From: Mobula birostris
Taxonomy: Eukaryota
Direction: 5' to 3'
Length of the DNA: 64,000 nt
Assembly (NCBI RefSeq): GCF_030028105.1
Contig: NC_092370.1
Coordinates: forward strand, 215,370,005 to 215,434,004
The notes under the pieces are model-generated. The model worked only from the letters and a program-made list of their open reading frames with translations. It did not search any database and had not been told where the DNA came from. This document shows, in pieces, positions 37,094-50,511 of the stretch (position 1 is the first letter of the stretch; each line of letters starts with the position of its first letter). A program made the translations under genes and the position numbers.

Positions 37094-40000
37094 TCGTGCT
37101 TTGACTTATGAAGAATTTACCATGGTAACAAATCCTGCATGACAAGATGACCAACTGTGCTGAGATTGAGGAGATACACAATCTTTCAGGTTTCACTGAG
37201 AATCTTGGCTGCTACTGTTGGTATTTACTTTGCAGAAAGTATTGTTTTTAATCAAATTGGTTATATTGTATGATCTTGTGCTATGGGGAAGATAAACTGA
37301 TGCCTGAAATAGCCAGGACTAAAAGAGCCCTAGCATTTCTAACTTATTAACATTCCCCTCCATTTTAAGTAATTGTTGCCTCCACCCACCCTCACTTTAA
37401 TTGTAATGAATTGCACAAATTCAAAGCCCTTTCAACCTGATTCCATTGCTGTTTTGTCCATTTTTTCAAAACACCTGTGAGTTACATAAAAACTTTAAGG
37501 GCTGCCTTGTCATATCTGTCACAAGTTTTTGAATACAACTTCCTCTTTGCTTGTATTATGCAGTGTGGTTTATGTAATTTGTAGATCTGATGACATGCTA
37601 TTAATATTGTGTATATTTTTCTTTTAGCAATCTTCCATCTGAATGATAAGGTCACTTATCAATATTTAATATTTGATCTGGTTTTATTCAAAGTGAAACA
37701 ATATACATCTAAAAAAAGAATCTTAATTGGGTTACCTGTGCAACTGCAATTGTACTTTTCATGGTTTAATGTTTTGGAAGTTATGAATTTCCATTGTTAC
37801 AAACCTATATTCACATAGGAATATTATGTCTGAATCGGATAGTTAATAGACTTTGTGAATATAGCATGATATTTTAAACAGTACTGATTTTTTAAAAATA
37901 TTTGTATATTTGCCATGTTATTCAGCTCCAATTGCAGGTGTTAAGTTTATTTGTGTATTCCTGTATTAATATTCTAACAGCTGCTGTTCAGAGAAACTTA
38001 GTACTTGGTGCTATCCTAAAATTCAGGACATAGATGTTACAAGCAACACACAGATGTTACATACATATTTGTTGTAAATGTCCTGTAAATTGATTTTTTT
38101 AACTACCATCATTTTTGAGTAGGTCTCTCATACCACTGAGCAAGCATAGCTGGAGTGAAAAGTTAATTTAACTTTCAGTTTCTAAAACCCTAACCTTGCT
38201 AATTTGTTCAACACTGCAAACCTAAATAATTCATCTTCAACTGCCTCTCATTATGCATGCTTTTCCCTAATTCTGGTCCATTCAAAGACCTTGAATTTGT
38301 GTTTGAAAAATATTGGTTGCCAAACATGTTTGTTTTGTAAGTTTTTAATGTACTTTGCAGATACTGTTTTTCTGTATGTTACATGACATTAACGTAGACA
38401 ACTTTGTTCAATTAATATAAATGTCCAAAATGATTTCCATATGCACTTTTTCAAAGTATTACAAATATAATCTCCCAATAAAACTGCAGTTTTTTCTGCA
38501 CCTAAAATGTGCAAAAAATGTGTAATTGTAGCAGTTTGAATTAACAATCAGTTAAACAAAGGTTCTTTTTGACTTGATTGAAGCTATAATTAGTATGTTT
38601 AGACCAGATTAGCAAAGTACCAACACAGGTTTGTACGTGTGCTTGGTAAAGTGTACATTTTGTTTTAGATTGGTAGAGTAAATAGTTGTGCATTTTGGTG
38701 GTTGCATGGACATGTGTCTGTGCACTTGCATTAGTGCTTCAGATTGGGCTTTATCATTGCGTGTGCTACTTAGTATCTATCCTAACTTTCTAAAAGTTTC
38801 TGGATCTTGATGATGAAAGCTACATGCGTTTGTTGGAATAAAATGGTGCAATAACATTTTTATATGGCTTTTTTATTAAGTGTAATTTATACTTATGGAT
38901 GGGTTGATTTACAGAATTATTGTGCTCTTAATATACCACTTGTCAGTAAAATGTAACATTTGTGGTGTTCCGTATGTAGAATGAAATTCCATCCTCTATA
39001 AACTTCCATATTTCAAAGTACAAGTAGAACATAATGCGTATTTCTTTATTTAAATAATGGCATGATTTAATCTACATTGAAATAAAAATTAGCAAAGTCC
39101 ACTGAAGCAACCTAGTCCCAAAGGCATGGCAAACTACACAGGTCCTACTGGTTTAGTAGCACAAGTGTTTATCTTGATGGCAGTAACTAATGTCACAGCA
39201 ATAACTACCGTCAGTGGCATCTGATAAAATTATAACCTTGTTTTGGACAATTATTTTGTTAATTTTAAGAATCTTTATAAAAATATATTTGATACAAAGC
39301 ATGTCAAATATTGGTTTCATCCATAGTAATGAAAACTTGGATCTAGTTAGTGGCAAGTGAAATATTTGGCCTCCATTCACTGCAAATAGGGAGTGTTTGT
39401 CCGTGTACACGTTTTGCCTATTATGCACTTGTTTAGTTATTTCAAGTTGTGACAAAATTCAAAAATTCTGGCAAAATAGTAGGAACTGGCATTTGACAGA
39501 TTTAAAATGCAACTTGGAAACTTTCATTTAAAATTTTTTTTTAGCATGTCTAGTAGAAGAAAGGAGATCTATATAGGTAACCTGATGATGTGGGACAAAG
39601 TGATTTGTCTTTTGCAGCATCTTTATCCCATACTATTTTTGTAAAAGGCATTTATTTTTCTGTGTCATACTCTTCTATATTGTCTAGTTAAATTTGCACA
39701 GAATTTTCAGTAGTCACTTGATTACAAGTGTAAAAATGAGCACTTACTATGAAATGTTGTAATACATGATTTATATTGACCATAAATGGTATTTCTGGAA
39801 TTAATGATTTGATCATTTTTTGCTATCCACATTGCCCATCTCCTGTCAATTGGACGACTTCCCCTTTCGCCAGAAGATACATGGTGTATTTGAATACCAC
39901 AGCTGGAATACTATTATAAAGTACAAAAACAAAGTTTTAATGATTTCGATCTACTTGGCTTTAACTTATTGTGAAAGATATTTTGCTGAAGTTGGATGTG

Positions 40001-40830
40001 GAAACTGATGTTTCTGTGCTCTGCACATTGAGAGACTTGCATGCAAATAAACTGTAGAGATGTTTGAAGAGACTTTGATTTATTTTGCTAATCTAATTGC
40101 AATTAGACTTCATTCGGAAGTTGGTGACAACTTGGGTAGGTAACTATTTCTGCCCCTATATTCACCAAAACTAACTTTGCCCCATTGACTTAACATATTT
40201 GAGCCACATTTTGTATTCATCCCTAAATGTCATAATGAAATTTAAAACATAGGATTTTAAACTTTGAATGAATGGCCTAAGTTAACATTGTTAATAGTGA
40301 TCAACAACACTGGATTATGAAAGTTTTGAAAATGTAAATTATTGAACTGATGGGGGACATGGGCAGGTCTATAGTCATTACTGATTTCATAGCTTGCCTT
40401 AACTTTTAACTTGATACTGAACTGGATTTTATCTACCTGCCTTTCAATCCAGTACTAACCTTTAAATCCAGACTGCTTCATTTTTAATAAAATGTGATTC
40501 TAAACTTTGTAAATAAACAGGTAAAAGACCTATTTGTTTTTTGACTTGAGGGAATGACATCATTATAAATGGTTAAATGTTAGTTTGTTTGGTTGTATGC
40601 TCTGTATCTGAAAACATCAGTCTTACACTTCAAACATGAGAAACATCTTGCCTGCTTTTTGGTGTCATTTGCTACAAAGTAAAAGTGCTAAAGGACTGTT
40701 TTCACACCACTTGAGTTTGTTTTTTTCTTAAAGCAGTGTCCAGATTTTACATGCTTGTGGTACTGCTGTGTCAAATACTGTCTGTTGCAGTATTTCATGG
40801 TTTACAAAATAAATCTTTAAATCTGAAAAG
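37094..40830 (+). other. KLHL28: Putative long KLHL28 3' UTR ending near AATAAA 40808-40813
   Basis: About 3.7 kb of AT-rich sequence with no recognisable TE. Several AATAAA hexamers, the last followed by GT/T-rich sequence; repeats resume afterwards. Confidence 0.5.
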
Positions 40831-42112
40831 TGGTGTCTTGCAATATTTCCTTTCTACTTTTAGTGTGGCTGGTTGCCACCTCTAGATTAACATTTTGTAC
40901 CTGGTAGATGAGATTGCAGATGCTGGTACAGATGGCTGAATTCCTTTTTTGAGAACTGGCTGTTTCCCCTTTTCATTAATCCTGATGCAAGTTTCAACCT
41001 GAAATGTCAACAATTCTTTTTCCCCTTTCCACAACAGATACTGTTCAACCTGTCAAGTTCTTCCAGCAGATTGCTTAATATCTACTTGGACTTGATAGAA
41101 AATAATTTCTTAGCTACTAACATTAAGTAACATGATTTCTGATGGAAATTCCCCTCCAATTTACTTTGGACTTGGGTTGTGGATAGCACAGCCAACAGCC
41201 AGGGTATGCATGCCTGAGCATCTAGCTGTACCACTATGTTTTGCAAATGCAAGGTCACTACTGTTCAACATCCAGCCAACTACAAACTATGCCTTATTTA
41301 ATGAGGTGCTTGGGTTTTAACTTTATATTTGTCAATAGGCACTTACAGATATTGAGTTGTGAAAGTCACTCAGTACCTTACTGATTGAGCTCTTAAGACT
41401 ATCATCTCTAAGACTAGACTATATTATCTGGCCCATTGAGTGGAAGGCAGAGTTTAAACCTTGCTATGGCATCTAGGGAACTTAAATTCACAATTAAATC
41501 TGGAATTTATAACTAGCACCAATAAATGTAAAACTACTGGGACATTTGGAGGGTGGAAATGGGTGGGTCAGAATTGGAAGTCAATCTGATTCCCTAATGT
41601 CCTTCAAGTAGGAATACCTGTTGCTCGTCTCATCTGAATCTTGTAATTAGGAAGGGTCAATAAATACCAGTAGTGTCCACACTACAAATGAATATATACA
41701 GACATGTATGTGCTGAGCTAACTATCAGTAAACTATATTTTTTCTCTTTCGCTCATTATCAACCTAAGAACTTTCAAATGTTACTCCTTTAAGCACTTGG
41801 ATTTATTCAAAGATTGCAAACACTATGTATCCTATTCAATCCTGAAATGTTGATCCCGCTCTACTCTTGATCTCTACCTCGTTGCCACCATCTGCTGCTG
41901 AAGTCATCCTCTAACCTCATTATACCTAATCCAGGTTCCACATCCTTAAACTTGTTCATGCAAAATTGTTAGTCCTGTCTCCACAAACAGCACTTTGGAA
42001 TACAATTCCTGACTACCTTTTTAAGGCATTCTCCACCATAAAGTGCCTCATTTTACATCTCTGCAACCGTAAACCTACCCCTTTTAGCTTGGTTTCAATT
42101 TGTATTTTTGCA

Positions 42113-42910
42113 AAGACTTGGATAGATTAGGAGAATGGGCAAAGAAGTGGCAGACTGAATATAATGTAGGGAAATGTATAGACATGCACTTCAGTAGAAG
42201 GAAAAAGTGGATTATTTTGTAAATGGGGAGAAAATTCAAAAATCATAGGGGCAAAGGATCTTGGGAGTCCTGTGCAGGATTCCCTAAAGGTTAACTTGTA
42301 GGTTTGAGTCAGTGGTAAGGAAGGCAAATGCAATGTTAACATTCATTTCAAGAGGACTAGAATATAAAAGCAAGGATGTAATGCTGAGGCTTTATAAGGC
42401 ATTGATCAGACCACAGGGAGTATTGGGTGCAATTTTGGGCCCCTTATCTAAAAGATGTGTTGGTATTGGAGATGGTTCAGAGGAAGATCACAAGAATGAT
42501 TCCAGATACGAAAGAGTTAATGCATGTGCAGCATTTGATGGGTGTGAACCTGTATTCATTGTTGTTTAGAAGTGGAGTGGGGGGAAGAATCTTATTGAAA
42601 CCTGTCAAATATTGAAAGGCCTACATCGAGTGGACATGGAGAAGTTTCCTATATTTGGTAAGTTTAGGACTAGAGGGCACAACCTCAGAAGATAGTGATG
42701 CCCATTAGAATAGTGAATGTGTGGAATTCATTGCCAGAGACATCTGTGGAGGCCATCTCATTAGGTACATTTCTTCATTAGTCAGGGCATCAAAGGTTAT
42801 GGGGAGAAGGCAAGAGAAGAGGATTGGGAAGGAAAATCCGCCATGATGGAATGGCAAAGGAGACTTGGGCTGAATGGCCTAATTCTAATCCTATACCTAA
42901 TGCTTTTATG
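42113..42910 (+). mobile_element. CR1-like LINE 3' fragment, degenerate
   Basis: VVRKANAMLTFISRGLEYKSKDVMLRLYKALIRP… QFWAPYL. Confidence 0.8.
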
Positions 42911-43990
42911 AAATTCCTACTTTTCTGGGTGGTAAGAGATGTACATTAAGACTGCTGAAATTTACATTAAATGTTCTGTTTATCACTAAGGTACAGTACT
43001 TTGCCTGTTATGGAACTTAGTTTAATCTCTGCTACAAGTAACATGCTACATTCTTGAAAGGGAATCTAATTCTCATTTTAAAATAGTTCTGAAGCATATC
43101 TTAAGTATGATAGTTGGTAGATTTGGTAGATTTAAAAGCTAATTGAGCTGACAGGGCTTTAATACATTTAATTTCTTAGACTAAGTTTTAAAATTATCTG
43201 CTTGGAATACTGGAAAAATGTGTGATCTAGTAATTTATTTCTTCCTAACATCACTAGAGGATAACTGACACCAATTTTTATTTTCAATACCCCTTTATTA
43301 AATGTGCTTGTCAATTAGTTTTCCAGATGAGCCATTTTTTCTCTCTCAAAATGCCTGGACTCTGTTAAATCAGTAGCTAGTAAATAGGTACTACGATTAG
43401 TAACAGACTGGACTTGCCCTGCACTGGCTACTACTGTTGACACTACTTCTAGAATATCTGTAGCATTTGTCAGCAGTGATATCACATTCGTGCAGTTACA
43501 AAATCAGACTGCAAAATTAAAGCAGAGTTTGGAAATTATTAAACTACAATCCAAGTTTGGAACCAGAGATTGCATAGCAGTAATTTTGCTTAATATACCA
43601 TTTGTTGCTTAAAGTTTCCTAAGAATATTTTAATGTACTTTACAGCAGGAATAATTTGCAAATACTTTGCATTGGATTAGATTCAGGATTACTTTTGCTT
43701 AGGTTGTGCAAAAAAGTTAACAATTTGGTTATTGCTGCGTGTGAAGTACCAGGCATCTGGTTTTGTTTAACTGCCCAATGGTGACTTCAGGTGATGCTGT
43801 CAGTTTCAGAATTTATTAATAGTCACAGCATTTTGTCATCATTTCCAACTATCAAGTGTGCCACTGTTTTTAGGTAAAATTAGTCATTATTTTTTTCAGA
43901 GCTTCATTGTGCTCTGGTTTTTACATCTGTTCATTTAGAAAGTTCTGATTATTTTGTGTGCACATCCTTCAATATAACATGTAAATAAAC

Positions 43991-43996
43991 TTTATT
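43991..43996 (-). promoter_or_regulatory. Candidate polyadenylation signal for C14orf28
   Basis: AATAAA on the minus strand about 190 nt after the stop codon. Confidence 0.45.
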
Positions 43997-44184
43997 CCAT
44001 AAGTTATATAAAAATACTTGATATCCAAAATACATCTTTGTACATACAGTATTTGCATAGTTTTAAAGTTAATATCTAGAACATTAAAATCTTTTTGGTT
44101 AATAAATCAGAACTTAATTGTCCAATTTTCCTTTAATACCAAAATGATTTAATTTACTCTGCATAGTTTTAAAATAAGTATGAC

Positions 44185-44433
<249 letters not shown>

Positions 44434-44836
44434 TCAGTTTATTTTTCCAAACAAGCATTCTATTTCAACATCTTTTAATAGAATGTGATTGCTTCTAAAT
44501 TCTATTTATATTCCCTTCATTTCATGCAACCACCCCCTCCCCCAATCTGGGTAATCTCACCTCCCACATATATGCAGACTGTTACATGTTCAGTCTGCAG
44601 CCAAAAATCAATAAAAAATTAATAAGTTTTTTTGCAAGTTGTTTCAAGAGTATGCAACTTTGGGACTATCAATCTTGCTGAGTGATTCTGTTGCACTGCT
44701 CTAGCATTAATGATTGAACCAGTCGATTTCAGGTACTATTACTCTTGATTTTCATAAATTCTATACTTCCGTGCGGTACAGTATTTTAAATAGAATTTTG
44801 CCAGTAATGATGTAAAAGGAGAATTGTATCACCTCA

Positions 44837-45022
<186 letters not shown>

Positions 45023-47190
45023 TCAGATACCAAATGGCATATGATAATAAAAAATCTCCATTACTTAGACTTAGTTTTTAAATTATCCTTTCATATTCTC
45101 CAACTTACAAAATTTCAGTTAAGTTCATTTTTCAAGAGGACAGGCCCATTAAATCATCTCAGTTCCCTTAAGGTGACAAGTAACTACACAAAACTCAACT
45201 CAGGGCATGTGACAAAATTACCTCTCATAGTATCTTTGTTTAAATTTTTCCACAGCTAAGGCTAAATCTAATAAGGAAAAAACACACAAAGTGAAGGTAT
45301 TAACAAGTGCAACGGACATATTGCAAAATGGAAGCCAGCATTTTAATTTTGTACGCACATATTCAGTCCTGTTTCACACTTAAAACAACTTGATTGTTGC
45401 TTGAGGGATGGGGGAAAAACTAATGCATAATAATTAGTTTTTTGAAGAAAATGAATACATTAGTTTTTCAATCACAAATGAGAAATTCTGCAGATGCTGG
45501 AAGTAAAGCAACACACAGAATGCTGGAGAAACTCAGCAGGCCAGGTAGCATCTATGGAAAAGCGTTCAGCAGGACTGGAGAGGAAAAAAATGGATGAGGA
45601 GTCAAGAGTTAGAAGGTGGGGAAAGGGGGCAAAGAAACACAAGGTGATAGGTGAAACCTGAAGGGGGAGGGATGAAGTAAAGAGCTGGGAAGTTGATTGG
45701 TGAAAGAGAAACAGGGCTGGAGAAAGGGGGAGTTTGACAGAAGGCCATGGAAGAAAGAAAGGAGGGGGGAGGAACACCAGAGGGAGGCAATGGCAGGCAA
45801 GGAGTTAAGGTGAGAGAAGGAAAAGGGGATGGGGAATAGAGAAAGGGATGGGGGCTGTCATTATTAGAAGCTTGAGAAATTGATGTTCATGCCATCAGGT
45901 TGGAAGCTACCCTGATGGAATACAAACTGTTGCTCTTCCAACTTGAGTGTGGCCTTGTTATGACAGTGGAGGAGGCCATGGATGGACATGCCAGAATGGG
46001 AATAGGAAGTGCAATTAAAATGGATGGCCGCTGGGAGATCCCACTTCTTCTGAAGGACGAAGTGCAGGTGCTCGGCGAAGCGGTCTTCCAATCTACATTA
46101 GGTCTCACCGATATACAAGAGGCCACACCAGGAGCACAAGATACTATAGATGACGCCAACAGACTCACAGCTGAAGTATTGCCTCACCTGGAAGGACTGT
46201 TTAGGGCCCTGAATGGTAGTGACAGAAGAGGTGTAGGGGCAGGTGTAGCACTTGCTCCACTTACAAGGATAAGTGCCAGGAGGGAGATCTGTGATACCTG
46301 CAGAAAGCGGGGGGTGGGAGAGGGAAAGATGTGCTTGGTGGTGGGATCCAGTTGGAGTTGGTGGAAGTCACGGAGATTTATGTGCTGGACGCAGAGGCTG
46401 GTGGGGTGGTAGGTGAGGACAAGAGGAACCCTATCGCTGGTGGGGTGGTGGGAGGATCATCCTCACTCTCAATAATTTCTCCTTTGGCTCCTCCCACTTC
46501 CTTCAAACAAAAAGTGTAGCCATGGGTACTTGCATCGGTCCCGGCTATGCCTACCTTTTTGTCAGCTACCTAAAACAGTTTATGTTCCAAATATACACTG
46601 GTGCCACTCCCCAACTTTTCCTACGCTACATCGATGACCTCATTGGTGCTGCCTCGTGCACCCAAGCTAAGATCGTCAACTTCATCAATTTTGCCTCCAA
46701 CTTTCCCTTTGCCTGGTCAGGGAAAGTGAGGAGGTGATAAAGAGGAGCTATAGGTAAGTAGTCACACCAGGGTCTTGGGATACATATGAGTGGGTAACAG
46801 TCAGGAGGGGGAAGAGCAGGAGTCAGATACTAGAGAGTAGCCCTGTGGCTGTTCCCCTTGATAATAAGTACTCCTGTTTGAATACTGTTGGGGAGGATGG
46901 CCTACCTGGGGGAAGCAACAGTGGCCGCACTCCTGGTACAGAGTCTGGCCCTGTGGCTCAGAAGGGCAGGGAAAGGAAAAAGGCAGTTAGAGGGACAGAC
47001 AGGTGATTCTGTGGATGCTGGAAAGAAATGTGGATGGTCGTTTGCTTTCCAGGTGCCAGGGTCCGGGATGTTTCGCATCCACAATATCCTGAAGTAGGAA
47101 GGTGAACAGCCAGAGGTCGTGATACATATTGGTACCAACGACATAGGTAGAAAAAGGGAGGAGGTCTTGAAAACAGACTATAGGGAGTTA

Positions 47191-48508
47191 CTTTATACTT
47201 TATTGTCGCCAAACAATTGGTACTAGAACGTACAATCATCACAGTGATATTTGATTCTGAGCTTCCCACTCCCTGGATTACAAATATTAAATATTAAATT
47301 TAAATTATAAATCATAAATAGAAAAATGGGAAGTAAGGTAGTGCAAAAAAACCGAGAGGCAGATCCGGATATTTGGAGGGTACGACCCAGATCCAGGTCA
47401 GGAGCCATTCAGCAGTCTTATCACAGTTGGAAAGAAGCTGTTCCCAAATCTGGCCGTACGAGTCTTCAAGCTCCTGACCCTTCTCCCGGAGGGAAGAGGA
47501 ACGAAAAGTGTGTTGGCTGGGTGGGTCGTGTCCTTGATTATCCTGGCAGCACTGCTCTGACAGCGTGCAGTGTAAAGTGAGTTCACGGACGGAAGATTGA
47601 TTTGTGTGATGTGCTGCGCCGTGTTCACGATCTTCTGCAGCTTCTTTCGGTCTTGGACAGGACAACTTCCATACCAGGTTGTGATGCACCCTAGAAGAAT
47701 GCTTTCTACAGTGCACCTATAAAAATTAGTGGGGGTTTTAGGGGACAGGCCAAATTTCTTTAGTTTTCTCAGGAAGTAAAGGCGCTGGTGGGCCTTCTTG
47801 GCAGTGAACTCTGCTTGGTTGGACCAAGTCAGGTCATTTGTGATATTGACCCCGAGGAACTTAAAGCTTTTGATCTGTTCCATTTGCGCACCACCGATGT
47901 AAATTGGGTCATGTGGTCCGCTACTCCTTCTGAAGCCAACAACCAATTCCTTCGTCTTGCTGACATTGAGGGATAGGTTATTGTCTTCACACCATGCCAC
48001 CAGGTTCTTAATTTCCTCTCTGTACTCAAACTCATCATTACCCGAGATACGGCCTGCAATTGTTGTGTCATCAGCAAACTTGTATATTGAGTTTGATAGA
48101 AACTTGGCTACACAATCATGGGTGTACAGTGAGTACAGCAGGGGGCTGAGTACACAGCCTTGTGGGGCACCGGTGCTCAGAGTGATTGTAGAGGAGAGCT
48201 TGTCCCCTATTTTTACAGCCTGTGTCATGTCTGTGAGGAAGTTGAAGATCCAGCTGCAGATCTGAGTGCTAAGGCCCAGGTTCCGGAGCTTAGGATCAGT
48301 TTATTTGGAATGATGGTATTAAAGGCAGAGCTGCAGTCAATGAAAAGGAGCCTTACGTATGCGCCTTTATTCTCCAGATGTTCTAAGGAGGAATGTAGGG
48401 CCAGAGAGATGGCATCTGCCGTTGACCCGTTGCTCTGGTAGGCGAATTGCAAAGTGTCGAGGTTGACCGGTAGGCTGTGGTTAATGTGTGCCATAACCAA
48501 TCTCTCGA
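47191..48508 (-). mobile_element. Rex1/Babar-like LINE, 5'-truncated, inserted into CR1 ORF1
   Basis: 276-aa RT ORF ([21 protein letters not shown]…KFADD). TSD AGTTA (47186-47190 and 48509-48513). Short repeat tail. Confidence 0.9.
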
Positions 48509-50085
48509 AGTTAGGAAGGAAATTAAGAAGCAGGACCTCAAAGGTAGTAATCTCGGGATTACTGCCTGTTCCATGTGATAGTGAGTATAGGGATAGAGTG
48601 AGGTGGAGGATAAATGTGTGGCTGAGGAATTGGAGCAGGGGGCACAGATTCAGATTTCTGGATCATTGGGATCTCATTTGGGGCAGGCGTGACCTGTACA
48701 AAAAGGACAGGTTGCACTTGAATCCCAGGGGGACTAATATCCTGGCAGGGAGGTTTGCTAAGGCTATTGGGGAGAGTTTAAACTAGAATCGCTGGGGGGT
48801 GGGAACTGAACTGAAGAGACGGAGGAAGGGGCAGTTGGCTCACAAGTAAAGAAAGCTTGGAGACAGTGCGAGAGGGAGGATGGGCAGGTGATAGAGAAGG
48901 GATGCGCTCAGACAGATGGTTTGAGATGTGTCTATTTTAATGCAAGCAGCATCATGAAGAAAGCAGAAAATGGCTTACAGCATGGATCAGTACTTGGAGC
49001 TGTGATGTGGCCATTACAGAGACTTGGATGGTTGAATGGCAGGAATGGTTACTTAGAATGCCAGGCTTTAGATGTTTCAGAAAGGACAGGGAGGGAGGCA
49101 AAAGAGGTGGGGGTGTGGCACCGCTGGTTAGAGATAGCGTCATGGATGCAGAAAAGGAGGAAGTCATGGAGGGATTGTCTACTGAGTCTCTGTGGGTGGA
49201 AGTTAGAAACAGGAAGGGATCAATAACTTTACTGGGTTTTTTTAATAGACCACCCGATAAGAACAGAGACATCGAGGAGCAGATAGGGAGACAGATCCTG
49301 GGAAGGTGTAATAATAACAGGGTTGACATGGCAGGAGATTTTAATTTCCCAAAGATTGATTGGCAACTCCCTAGAGCAAGGGGTTTAGATGGAGTGGAGT
49401 TTGTTAGGTGTGTTCAGGAAGGTTTCCTGACATAATATGTAGATAAGCCTATAAGAGGAGAGGCTGTACTTGATCTGGTATTGAGAAGTGAACCTGGTCA
49501 GGTGTCACGTCTCTCAGTGGGAGAGCATTTTGGAGAAAGTGATCACAATTCTATCTCCTTTACCATAGTATTAGAGAGGGATAGAAACAGACAAGATAGG
49601 AAAGTGTTTAATTGGAGTAAGGAGAAATATGAAGCTATCAGGCAGGAACTTGGAAGCATAAATTGCAAACAGATGGTCTCGGAAATGTACAGCTGTAATG
49701 TGGCAAATATTCAGAGGATATTTGCGAGACATTCTGCATAGGTACGTTCCAATGAGAGGGAAAGGATGGTAGGGTACAGGAACCATGGTGTACAAAGGCT
49801 GTTGAAAATCTAGTCAAGAATAAAAGAAGAGCTTATGAAAAGTTCAAAAAACTAGGTAATGATAGAGAACTAGAAGATTATAAGGCTAGCAGGAAGGAGA
49901 TAAGAATGAAATTAGGAGAGCCAGAAGGGGCCATGAGAAGGCCTTGGCGAGCAGGATGAAAGAAAACCCCAAGGAATTCTACAAGTATGTGAAGAGCAAG
50001 AGGATAAGATGTGAGAGAATAGGACCAATCAAGTGTGACAGTGGAAAAGTGTGTTTGGAACCGGCGGAGATAACTGAGGTACTTA

Positions 50086-50511
50086 CTAGTCATAGTCATA
50101 CTTTATTGATCCCGGGGAAAATTGGTTTTCGTTACAGTTGTATCATAAATAATTAAATAGTAGTAAAACCAAAAGTAGTTAAATAGTAATATGTAAATTA
50201 TACCAGGAAATAAGTCCAGGACCAGCCTATTGGCTCAGGCTGTCTGACCCTCCAAGGGAGGAGTTGTAAAGTTTGATGGCCACAGGCAGGAATGACTTCC
50301 TATGACGTTCTGTGTTGTATCTCGGTGGAATGAGTCTCTGGCTGAATGTACTCCTGTGCCCAACCAGTACATTATGTAGTGGATGGGAGACATTGTCCAA
50401 GATGGCATGCAACTTGGACAGCATCCTCTTTTCAGACACCACCGTCAGAGAGTCCAGTTCCATCCCCACAACATCACTGGCCTTACGAATGAGTTGTTGA
50501 TTCTGTTGGTC
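50086..50511 (-). mobile_element. Second Rex1/Babar-like 3' fragment inserted into CR1 ORF2
   Basis: ILDNVSHPLH…TERHRKSFLPVAIKLYN ORF end and a (TATGAC)n tail. CR1 sequence resumes afterwards. Confidence 0.8.
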
